A stretch of DNA of 64,000 nucleotides from a bacterium (GTDB taxonomy: Bacteria > UBA8248), in NCBI GenBank assembly GCA_965219955.1, contig OZ244799.1, positions 1,408,001 to 1,472,000 on the forward strand, in the 5' to 3' direction. Of this stretch, positions 10,465-19,037 are shown piece after piece. Every line of letters begins with the position of its first letter. The first letter of the stretch is position 1. The notes below the pieces were generated by a model. The model was not told the DNA's origin. It searched no databases and saw nothing but the letters and a program-made list of their open reading frames with translations. A program made the position numbers and the translations under genes.

Positions 10465-10609
10465 GAGGTTTCTCCCTGGCGGCGCATTTCGCGGATTTTA
10501 GCATGAGTACAGGCGGAATGGGTATATGGGGATTTATGCGGAGCCAAGAGAAAACAGGTGATGGAGGAGAAGAATCGCCAGGCGGAGCAACCCCTCGCCG
10601 ATAGCGCCC

Positions 10610-10638
10610 TTGACGCATTTGTCAATTATGACAACGTT
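10610..10638 (+). promoter_or_regulatory. Putative promoter with palindromic operator TTGTCA-ATTA-TGACAA
   Basis: TTGACG (-35-like) at 10610 and an inverted repeat at 10619-10634, 9 nt before an ATG at 10644. Confidence 0.4.
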
Positions 10639-10659
10639 TTCGGATGAACGACGATACCG

Positions 10660-11092
10660 TAGGGCCTGATGAAAATCTCAGGAATTCATGGTTCGGGATA
10701 TGCAGCCGACCGGCGAGAGAGGAGACTTCACTCCCTCTTGAGAGACTGGTTTCCCGAGGGGAAAGCCAGACGATGAAGTCGAGCGGTTTGTGCGAAGGCC
10801 GATTCGGCAGGGGGTTCACCACAAAGTCGTCATTCCGGCGAAAGCCGGAATCCATTTTGACTTTTCATCGGGTGGAGCGGCCACAACCTTGTTGTCGCGC
10901 AGCGTACGGATGCGGAATCCAGGGAATTCGCCTTTCGTTTTTGTGTTCGATTCCGCTCTTCCCTGCCCGGGAGTAAAGACGTCCGATCGAGGAAGCGCAA
11001 AGGCAAAGGCGAAAATGGATTCCGGCTTTCGCCGGAATGACGGCAATCACGGCTTGCAGGACTTTTTCAACAGCCCTCAAGGGGGAGTGAAT
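10660..11092. mobile_element. Composite repeat: degenerate left TIR, REP-E arm, REP-B doublet with long spacer, right TIR, REP-E arm
   Basis: REP-B pair at about 10829-11042. The right end reads TTTTTCAACAGCCCTCAAGGGGGAGTGA. Confidence 0.75.
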
Positions 11093-11148
11093 TCATAAAC
11101 TCATGTCGGCTGAAAATCCATTCCCTGTTTGAGGAAGGAGTTGCAGCA

Positions 11149-11481
11149 ATGAATGAAACCGATTTCGAACTCGTCCGGGGAAGCGGAAACGTCTTTCGGG
11201 ATTTCGACGATCCTCACGCGGATTTGAAGCAGGCCAAAGCGCTCCTCGCCGCCCGGATCATCGCGGTGCTCGACGAACGCGGGCTGACGGTGCGAAAGGC
11301 CGCGAGCATGACCGGTTTCGCCGCGGCGGATTTCTCGCGCATACGCAACGCGGCTCTCGGGCGCTTCACGCTGGATCGGCTGATGAAGATGCTCGCCGCC
11401 CTGGATGGGCGCATCCGGGTCACTCTCCAATTCGACGCACGCCAAAGCGAACAAGCGGCCGTGTCGGGCGCCGGCCGATAA
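11149..11481 (+). CDS. XRE-family HTH protein (HigA-like antitoxin, HTH_37 type)
   Basis: GSGNVF.D.....A....KA.LA..I......RGLT...A...TG...ADFSRIR....RFT.DRL. Confidence 0.85.
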   Translation: MNETDFELVRGSGNVFRDFDDPHADLKQAKALLAARIIAVLDERGLTVRKAASMTGFAAADFSRIRNAALGRFTLDRLMKMLAALDGRIRVTLQFDARQSEQAAVSGAGR

Positions 11482-11603
11482 CCGGCCAATCCTGGCGGCC
11501 TCTTTTCAGGACAGGTGAAAAACCCTTATAAAGTCCCTCAAGACATTTCGACATTTGCACTCGCTGCGGCCATCGCACCGATGAGACGGAAGGAGGCTCA
11601 GAC

Positions 11604-12665
11604 ATGGCATCCACGATGAAAGCAATGCGGCTTCATGAGCTTGGCGGCTCGTTTCAGCTGGAAGAGGTTCCGGTGCCCCGGCCGGGGCCGAACGACGCAC
11701 TGGTGCGCTTGAAGGCCACGGGCGTGGGCCTCACGCTGGTCATCATGCGGAGCACGCCCGGCCTCGTGGATGAGTATCCCCGAATCCTGGGACACGAGAT
11801 CGCGGGCGAGGTCGTCGAAACAGGCTCCCACGTCACGAACGTGGGCGTGGGCGACCACGTGACGTGCCATTTCTACCTCACCTGCCACAACTGCCGGTAC
11901 TGCCGCAGCGGGCGCGAGACGCTTTGCGAGAATTTCCGGGGATACGTCGGCCTCGTCATGGACGGGGGCTATGCCGAGTACACGAACGTCCCCGCCGTGA
12001 ACCTGTGCAAGATTCCCGAAGGCGTGAGTTCGCTCGACGCCTGCGTGGCGGCGGACGCCATCTGCACGCCCTATCACAACTGCGTGGCCGAGGCGCAGAT
12101 AAAGCCCGGCGACGTGGTGGCTATCGTGGGGGCGGGCGGCGGCGTGGCGATTCACGCGGTGCAGATGGCCCAGGTCTGCGGCGGCCACGTGATCGGAATC
12201 GACGTGTCGGAGAAAAAACTCGAGACGGTATCCCAGCTCGGGGCCTTCGCCACCCTGAACCCCGCGCAGACCGACACCGTGGAGGAAATCCTCTCCCTCA
12301 CCGACGGGCGAGGCGTGGACGCCTACATCGACTACGTGGCCTCGCGCGAGACGCTCGAAGCCGGCGTGGCCAGCCTCGGGCGCGGGGGCAAGCTGGTGAT
12401 CGTGGGCTACCGCCCGGCGGCGGCGTACGACAACGTATCGCCGAACTTCACCGTCGACCCGCTCCAGTTGCTCACCTACGCGCAGGAGATCCACGGCTCG
12501 CGCTACTGCTCGATGGAGGAACTCGGACAATCGCTTGCGCTGATTCAGCAGGGGAAAATCAAACCTATCGTCACCGAGACTTATCCCCTCGAGGAGACCG
12601 AAACCGCCTTCCAGGCGCTCTTGGAAAACCGGGTAACCGGAAGGGCGGCGGTGGTGTTCGACTAG
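11604..12665 (+). CDS. Zinc-binding alcohol dehydrogenase
   Basis: LGHE..G.V, C..C..C.......C structural zinc loop, GA.GGV Rossmann motif. Confidence 0.9.
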   Translation: MASTMKAMRLHELGGSFQLEEVPVPRPGPNDALVRLKATGVGLTLVIMRSTPGLVDEYPRILGHEIAGEVVETGSHVTNVGVGDHVTCHFYLTCHNCRYCRSGRETLCENFRGYVGLVMDGGYAEYTNVPAVNLCKIPEGVSSLDACVAADAICTPYHNCVAEAQIKPGDVVAIVGAGGGVAIHAVQMAQVCGGHVIGIDVSEKKLETVSQLGAFATLNPAQTDTVEEILSLTDGRGVDAYIDYVASRETLEAGVASLGRGGKLVIVGYRPAAAYDNVSPNFTVDPLQLLTYAQEIHGSRYCSMEELGQSLALIQQGKIKPIVTETYPLEETETAFQALLENRVTGRAAVVFD

Positions 12666-12716
12666 GCTCCATACGCGAAGACGCATTCGTTTTCATACGC
12701 TTAAGGAGAAATACCG

Positions 12717-13193
12717 ATGGTGGAATCCGTAGACAAGGAAGTGATGGCCAAACAGGAGCGCCGCGTGCGCGCCACGCGCGCGGAGGGCTGCCGGGTCGAG
12801 TTGAAAGCGCGCAAGCACGCTTTCGTCGCCGATGAACCGGCGCAGGGCGGCGGAACCGACACGGGCCCCACGCCGCGCGAACTGGCGCTCGGCGCGCTTT
12901 CCGCCTGCATCACGGTCATCACGAACAAGGTCGCCGAGGGACTCGACTTCAACGTCATCGCCCAGGAGGTGGAGGTCCGCGGCACGGCCGACCCCCGGGG
13001 CGCCAAGGACCCGGACAACGGCATCAGCCCCAACTTCGATTACGTGGAGGCGAAAATCCACCTCACCACGGACGAGCCCGACGAGCGGGTGGCCGAACTC
13101 AAGCGCCAGCACCACGGGCGCTGCCCCATCTCCGCGCTCTACCGCGAGAGCGGCTGCGAACTGGTGGAGGAGTGGATCGTCAAGCGGCCCTGA
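12717..13193 (+). CDS. OsmC family protein
   Basis: DEP...GG.D.GP.P.EL.L.AL.AC and a C-terminal RCPI. Confidence 0.88.
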   Translation: MVESVDKEVMAKQERRVRATRAEGCRVELKARKHAFVADEPAQGGGTDTGPTPRELALGALSACITVITNKVAEGLDFNVIAQEVEVRGTADPRGAKDPDNGISPNFDYVEAKIHLTTDEPDERVAELKRQHHGRCPISALYRESGCELVEEWIVKRP

Positions 13194-13321
13194 GGGGGGA
13201 GGTCCGCGCCGAAGGCGTCGCCTTTACCCCCTGGCAAGGGGGGCCCAGAGGGGCGCCTTTCAAGGGCGATGGTTTTCCGTGTACACGCCCCTGCGGGTTC
13301 GTTTTGATTTGCGTGGTTTTT

Positions 13322-13571
13322 GTAGGGGCCGTTCGTGAACGGCCCTCCCCAGAAAAAGCGGGCGGTTCTCGAACCGCCCCTACGAAACCCTCTTGAATCG
13401 GGAATCACTCCCCCCTTGAGGGGGAGTCGAGGAAGCCGAGCGGTTTGTGCGAAGGCTGATGCGGTGGGGGGTAAAATGCGTTTTATCGCCATTCCGAATT
13501 ATACCCCCCACCGAATCGCTTTCGGGCTTACGCCCTCAGCTCTTCGACTCCCCCTCAAGGGGGGAGTGAAT
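13322..13571. repeat. REP-A variants followed by an intact REP-E element
   Basis: GTAGGGGCCGTTCGTGAACGGCCC and GGGCGGTTCTCGAACCGCCCCTAC. TCACTCCCCCCTTGAGGGGGAGTCGA...TCGACTCCCCCTCAAGGGGGGAGTGA (about 13406-13570) is nearly identical to 43359-43521. Confidence 0.8.
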
Positions 13572-13673
13572 CACTGTTCTCCTCAGTCGGGGCTGGCACC
13601 GGAATGACGAACCCAGCCAAACGGTGGTGCGGCTAACTGCGGCGGCGCGCCGCTTAGCGGGAGGCTTTCGCCC

Positions 13674-14117
13674 CTACTCCACCTTCGCCTTCACGTTCTT
13701 TGCGAAGTCGGCGAAAATCTTGTTCGCCTGGTTCTTGATGACGCTGAAGCCCAGCGAGCCGAGCTTGCCGAACACGTCGACGCTCGAGTCGATGCGCACC
13801 TTCGTTTCGTTCTCCGAGACGGCCTCGAGCGTCACCTCGTTTTTCTGCTTGAGGCTCGCCGCGAGTTTCGAGTCCTTCCCCTCGCCCACCGTGCGGATGT
13901 ACTCGGGCGCGCGGACTTCCTCGATGTTGATCTGAAGCTGAAAGCTCGCCTTGAGGAAGCTGACCTTCTGCTCGACACGAACGCCGTAGGTCGCGTCGTC
14001 TATTTTCTCCACGTCCTTCACGCCGGGCACGCAGGCGGCGAACTCCTCGACCTGCCAGATGAAGTCCCACACCTTCTCCCGGGGGGCGGCGACGGTAATC
14101 TCCTGGTTGAATTCCAT
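13674..14117 (-). CDS. CoxG/SRPBCC family protein
   Basis: V.AP.E.VW.F.......A.C.PG and G.LG..G..VI...A..I...F. Confidence 0.85.
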   Translation of the reverse strand: MEFNQEITVAAPREKVWDFIWQVEEFAACVPGVKDVEKIDDATYGVRVEQKVSFLKASFQLQINIEEVRAPEYIRTVGEGKDSKLAASLKQKNEVTLEAVSENETKVRIDSSVDVFGKLGSLGFSVIKNQANKIFADFAKNVKAKVE

Positions 14118-14227
14118 GTTGGGTGTCCTTTTTGCTCGGTGTGACGCGAAATGATAATCAAACGAGGGTATGATTCTAACAAGACGTGGCGTTTTACTCC
14201 ACAGACCCTTATCTCTCAGGAACCTGG

Positions 14228-14908
14228 ATGTCAGCCGAATCCCTCATCCTGTTCGCCAAACCACCCCTCGCCGGCCGGGTGAAAACGCGCCTCGCCGAAA
14301 GCCTCGGGCGCGAGGGCGCCGCGCGTCTCTATTCGTGTTTCCTTCGAGACGCAGCCGAAACGGCGCGCACGCTTATGGAGGCGAGGCCGGGCGTCTCCCT
14401 CGTCTGCGAGTGGGCGCTTGAGCACGGTGAATCGCTCGATGAGTTTCCGCTCACGGACTGGCTGCCCGGCGCCTTTCTCCACCGGGCGCAAACGGGTGCG
14501 GACATTGGCGCGCGCATGGCGGCGGCGATGGGGCGATGCCTGGCTTTCGGGAGGAATGCTGTGCTCATCGGTACGGATTTCCCGGATCTTCCGCACGAAG
14601 TTCTGATCGATGCGTTCGAGAAGCTGGATTGCGGGGATGAGCCGACCGTCGCGCTCGGTCCCGCTGCGGACGGGGGCTACTACCTGATCGGGATGAACCG
14701 GTTCCTGCCTGAAATTTTCACCGGCATCCCCTGGAGCACGGGCGAGGTGTTCTCGTACACGATGGAGAAGGCCGCCGCGCTCGGCGTCGGGACTGCCCTC
14801 CTCCCCGAGTGGTGCGACGTGGACGAGGCGGATGATCTGGAAGCTCTGAAGAGCCGCCTCTCGCAGGACGCATCGCGCGCCCGGCACACGCGGGAATACC
14901 TGCGCTGA
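14228..14908 (+). CDS. TIGR04282/DUF2064 family glycosyltransferase-like protein
   Basis: FAK.P..G.VKTRLA, Q.G.D.G.RM, IGTD.P, LGPA.DGGYYLIG, I.WST and D.D...DL. Confidence 0.88.
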   Translation: MSAESLILFAKPPLAGRVKTRLAESLGREGAARLYSCFLRDAAETARTLMEARPGVSLVCEWALEHGESLDEFPLTDWLPGAFLHRAQTGADIGARMAAAMGRCLAFGRNAVLIGTDFPDLPHEVLIDAFEKLDCGDEPTVALGPAADGGYYLIGMNRFLPEIFTGIPWSTGEVFSYTMEKAAALGVGTALLPEWCDVDEADDLEALKSRLSQDASRARHTREYLR

Positions 14909-14987
14909 TCCGCCCGGGGCGTTTGCGCCGCGTAGCTCAAAATGAAAGGATTGGCGCCTCAGTCCGCCGAACGATGAGGAGCGCGCA

Positions 14988-15617
14988 TTGCCGAACGAAT
15001 CCGTCGTAGAAGCCACGTATACCTATTGCGTCCACTGAGCCTGGTGCCTGATCGCGACCGGGCGGTTGCGAACACTGAGCGAGCAGGCCGGCGGACGCCT
15101 CGCCATCCGCTACCGCGCCTTTCTGCTCTCGCCCGAGCCGGACCATCGTCCGGCCCGCAAGGAGGCCATCATGGGCCACTGGGCGATGGCGAAAAGCCAC
15201 CCCGGCGGCGAGGCGATCAACCCCGAACTCATGGCGCGCCGCGACTTCCCCTACCCCCACTCCACCCCCGGCGCGATTGCGATAAAGGCCTTCGCCGCCC
15301 AGCTCCCCGAGCGCGAGGGCGAATATCTCGAAGCCGTGGAGCGAACGCATCTGGTCGAATGCCTGAGCATCGACGACGCCGACGTGCTCGTGGCCGCCGC
15401 CGAGCGTCTCGGAGCGGAGCCCGCGATCATGCGCGAGGTCATGGCCGACCCGGACATGGAAAAGCGCGTATGGGCGGATCACATCGAGGCCGTGAACGCA
15501 GGTATCCAGTCCACGCCCACGGTCGATTTTTCGGGCAAATACAGGATCACCGGCGCGCAGCCCATGGCGATATTCGAGCAAACCCTCAAGCGCGCCGTGG
15601 CCGATCAGGACACCTAA
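14988..15617 (+). CDS. DsbA/FrnE-like thioredoxin-fold selenoprotein (in-frame TGA at 15036 read as Sec, UxxC)
   Basis: GAGGA RBS and TTG start give MPNESVVEATYTYCVH-U-AWCLIATGRL. The TGA sits at the first Cys of the C-x-W-C motif, the C-terminus has GI.STPT.....ITGAQP, and a SECIS-like hairpin follows. Confidence 0.8.
15052..15071 (+). promoter_or_regulatory. Candidate bacterial SECIS hairpin
   Basis: TCGCGACC-GGGC-GGTTGCGA: 8-bp stem with one G-U pair, loop beginning 22 nt after the UGA. Confidence 0.65.
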
Positions 15618-15624
15618 ACCCACT

Positions 15625-16530
15625 ATGCGAGAAGGCGGCCGGGCTGCAAGAGTTATCGCCGTTCTGGCGGTGCTCCTGGCGCTTGCAGGCTGCGCGAACA
15701 TCCGCGCCCTCTTCCTGCCCAAAGAAGAAAAGAAGCCGGCGCTTGAAACAAAACGACCGCGGATGAAAAAAGCAGAAGACCCTCATTTTTTCCGCGTCCT
15801 GACGCTTCCCACTTACGACTTGGCGAAAGAGGCGTATGACAAGACGGCCATCCTCGGGATTCCCTTCCGCAAGGTGGCCCTCGAGTTCAGGGATAAGGCG
15901 GTCGCCGTCCGCAAGGCCGAGCCCTCGGAGTTCAGCGTCGGCGTCCGGGCCGAGGTGCAGGATTTGAAACTCGGCGCCACGTCGAGAATCATCGAGTCGG
16001 ACGAGGGATTTTCGATTCTCCAGAAAACGACAAGCGCGCATTACGAACGCGCGCTGAAACTCATGGAGAAGAAAAAAGACGAGGCCGCGCTTGCGCTCAT
16101 CCGCCGCGATCTCGAGATCAACCCCGGAAACGTGGACGCCTGGCTCGCCCTGGCGAAGATGATGGACGAGGCGGGCGATCTGGAGGAGACGCTCGCCGCG
16201 TACGGGAAAGCCCGCGAACTCGACCCCGGGAACCCGGCCGTCTCCAACAGGTACGCCAGATACCTGGTCTCCCAGTACCGCTACGAAGAGGCGGAGGAAA
16301 TACTGAGAGACGCGGAGAAAAAATCGCCCGAGGACACGGGCGTGCTCCTGAACCTCGCCTCCCTGCTCGTCTACCTGAACAAGGAGCCGGAATTCGCCTC
16401 GCGCCTCATCGATCGCGGCTCCAGAATCGACCCCGGCCGCGCGGAATGGTACCGCCTCTCGGGCGTGATTCGGAAACGAAGGGAACTCGGCATCGCGCCG
16501 AAAGCGGAGGGAACAAATCAGAAACCGTAG
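15625..16530 (+). CDS. TPR-repeat lipoprotein
   Basis: Lipobox LAGC, C-terminal TPR repeats (AW..LA......G..E..L..Y.KA.ELDP.N) and a possibly degenerate parvulin-like middle region. Confidence 0.7.
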   Translation: MREGGRAARVIAVLAVLLALAGCANIRALFLPKEEKKPALETKRPRMKKAEDPHFFRVLTLPTYDLAKEAYDKTAILGIPFRKVALEFRDKAVAVRKAEPSEFSVGVRAEVQDLKLGATSRIIESDEGFSILQKTTSAHYERALKLMEKKKDEAALALIRRDLEINPGNVDAWLALAKMMDEAGDLEETLAAYGKARELDPGNPAVSNRYARYLVSQYRYEEAEEILRDAEKKSPEDTGVLLNLASLLVYLNKEPEFASRLIDRGSRIDPGRAEWYRLSGVIRKRRELGIAPKAEGTNQKP

Positions 16531-16999
16531 GGACAGGTCGCGACCTGTCCGGCACGCTCCTTTTTGAAGGTAGTTGCCGATCTGGAAAGAAGGAAATTAA
16601 CTCCCCTCTTGGGGGGTTGTTGAAAAAGTCATCCTTGGTCGGAATTGACCACCGCCGTCATTCCGGCGAAAGCCGGAATCCATTTTGACTTTTCACCCGA
16701 CGGGGCGGCCACGACTTTGTTGTCGCGCGGTGTCCGGATGCGGAATGCAGAGGATACGCCTTTCGTTTTTGTGTTCGATTCCGACCCTCCCCGTCCGGGC
16801 TTAAAGACGTCCGAACGAGGAGGCGAAAAGACAAAGGCGAAAATGGATTCCGGCTTTCGCCGGAATGACGAACAAAACCTCACCGTCTCACAGGGACAGG
16901 TCGCGGACCTGTCCCTACGGGAAAACACGTCTCCCTGCCAAACCCCCAATCCCCCTTGTCAGGGGGATTTTTTCAACAGGCCCCTCAAGGGGGGAGTTG
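16526..16999. mobile_element. Composite repeat: REP-D half, then TIR shell (REP-B doublet with long spacer, REP-D half) between REP-E arms
   Basis: AACTCCCCTCTTGGGGGG|TTGTTGAAAAA...TTTTTCAACAGG|CCCCTCAAGGGGGGAGTT. The interior is paralogous to 53437-53700. Confidence 0.8.
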
Positions 17000-17199
17000 A
17001 TTAGAAATTCTCTTTGGTGGAGAGAGATGCTGTAGATTACGCACACCGGGTTTTAGAAACCTGCACCTGTCGAGAAACCCTCGTTGCTCAGTCGGGTTTC
17101 ACCCCTTGGCCCCCTACGCTCTTATGCGTCATAATGCCCTCTGTTCTCGAACCACGCGAAGTTTCAAGCCGACACGCCAATTCATAAGAGGGCAACCGC

Positions 17200-18552
17200 A
17201 TGAGCGCCGAGCTTTTGATCAAGAACGCGAAAATCGTGACGCCGACCGACACCTACGAGGGCTGCGTCTATGTTGATGAGGGGCGGATCGCCGCCATCAC
17301 GCATAAGGCCGAGGCGAATGCCGCGCGCGAAATCGACGCCGCGGGCCGATACCTCCTGCCGGGCATGGTGGACGAGCACGTCCACATGATGGACCCGGGC
17401 TTCACCGACCGGGAGGACTGGACGACGGGCACCGAGGCGGCGGCCCGGGGCGGCATCACCACCGTGATCGACCACCACCGGAGCGACCCGCTCGTCTACA
17501 CGCGGGAGATTCTCGAAGACAAGACGGCCTACGTCGACTCGCGCTCGGTGGTGGATTTCGGCCAGTTGGGCGGCCTCGACGTCGACAACCTGGAACACCT
17601 GCGCCCCATGTGGGAGGGCGGCGCGCTGGGCTTCAAGGGCTTCATGTGCGATCTGCACGGCGTGCCTGACCTCTCCGAAGGCGTATTGTTGAACATCATG
17701 CGCGAGGTCAAATCCTTCGGCGGCACGGTGATGCTGCACTGCGAGAGCGACTCCATTCTCCGGAAATCGAAAGAAAAGATCGACGCCGATAACCGGACGG
17801 ACTACATGTGCATCAGCGACTGGCGAAACCCCGAGAGCGAGTACGTGGCGACGCTCGACGCCGTGGCGCTCGCCGAACTCACGGGCTGCAAGGTGCTGGT
17901 GGCGCACGTGAGCCAGCCCGTTCTGCTCGAAGCCATCCAGGCTGCGCGCGGGCGCGGCGCGAGAATTTTTGCCGAAAGCTGCCCCCAGTATTTCTATCTC
18001 GACCATTCGCACCTGGAAGAACTGGGGCCGTTCGTCAAGTTCACGCCGGTCATCCGCTCCGCCGAGACGCGCGACGGCATGCGCGTGGCGCTCGGGCGCG
18101 GCATGGTGGACACCATCGGCACCGACCACTGCCCCTTCCCCCGCCAGCGGAAGGTGGACGGGCTCGAGAACATCCACGACGCGCCCTTCGGGATACCGGG
18201 CGTGGAGACCACGGTGCGCCTGATGCTGAACGCCGTGAGCGAAGGCGTGCTGACGCTGAACCAGATGGTGCGGGTCTGCTGCGATCAGCCCGCGCGCGTC
18301 TTCAACATCCACCCCCGCAAGGGGTGCATCCAGGTGGGCGCGGATGCGGACTTCATCGTCGTGGACATGGAGCAGGAAGAGACGCTGCGCGATGAGGACA
18401 TCGTCTCCAAGTGCAAGTGGACGCCGTTCAACGGGTGGACGATGAAGGGCGCGCCCGTGATGACGCTCGTGCGCGGCCAAGTCGTGATGGAGGACGGCGA
18501 GGTGACAGGAAGGGCGGGGTACGGCGAGACCGTCGAGCGCCCGGGGGGGTGA
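17200..18552 (+). CDS. Allantoinase/dihydroorotase-family cyclic amidohydrolase
   Basis: PG.VD.HVH..DPG, GGITT, carbamylation Lys (GFK), H.E, HVS, GTDH.P, KG.I..G.DAD. Confidence 0.88.
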   Translation: MSAELLIKNAKIVTPTDTYEGCVYVDEGRIAAITHKAEANAAREIDAAGRYLLPGMVDEHVHMMDPGFTDREDWTTGTEAAARGGITTVIDHHRSDPLVYTREILEDKTAYVDSRSVVDFGQLGGLDVDNLEHLRPMWEGGALGFKGFMCDLHGVPDLSEGVLLNIMREVKSFGGTVMLHCESDSILRKSKEKIDADNRTDYMCISDWRNPESEYVATLDAVALAELTGCKVLVAHVSQPVLLEAIQAARGRGARIFAESCPQYFYLDHSHLEELGPFVKFTPVIRSAETRDGMRVALGRGMVDTIGTDHCPFPRQRKVDGLENIHDAPFGIPGVETTVRLMLNAVSEGVLTLNQMVRVCCDQPARVFNIHPRKGCIQVGADADFIVVDMEQEETLRDEDIVSKCKWTPFNGWTMKGAPVMTLVRGQVVMEDGEVTGRAGYGETVERPGG

Positions 18553-18662
18553 GGGGCGGCATCGAGGGAGCGAATTCAGGGTTTGCAGGCAGGGGCGAAT
18601 CCGCGTGTCCGCTTCGACAAATTACGACCCCTCCTTCCACGCACAACAATTCCTTTTTCTCC

Positions 18663-18854
18663 GGGTCTGTTGAAAAACCCTCTCCGCCTCATCCTGAGTA
18701 GCGGCGGAGCCGCGTATCGAAGGATGCCTCTCGCCCGGCGTGAGGCATTCGACTCCCCTCGCCCTTCGATACGCCGCCTTCGGCGGCTACTCAGGGTGAG
18801 GAAAAAGGCGTTTGCGATTTGCAGGGTTCGCAAACGAAACTTTTTCAGCATCCC
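18663..18854. mobile_element. Composite MITE-like repeat: TIR shell holding REP-C
   Basis: GGTCTGTTGAAAAA...TTTTTCAGCATCCC around CCTCATCCTGAGTAG...CTACTCAGGGTGAGG. Confidence 0.75.
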
Positions 18855-19037
18855 CTCTTCAGTCCAGATTGATCCGCCTCAAGGCGCACTCCCGATGCGA
18901 ATCATGTCCGCCGGAGGGGCGCAATTGCCCGCATTTGCGCTTGCCGGAAGCCGGTCGCGAGCGGCTTGGCAGCGGCATTCTCCTCTCCTATGATCCGGGT
19001 TCCCTGCTGTCTCGACATCCTGAAACGGAGGAACGAC

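Noticed and set aside
10622-11098. Short ORFs containing VIPAKAGI / MDSGFRRND (also at 1244, 6853, 16645, 41497, 53470)
   Set aside because: They are translations of the REP-B repeat, open on several frames and strands, with no independent coding evidence.
13191-13193. Other TGA stops (OsmC, allantoinase-like, GHL10) as Sec codons
   Set aside because: They fall at natural domain ends, are not at Cys motif positions, and have no continuing homologous frame.
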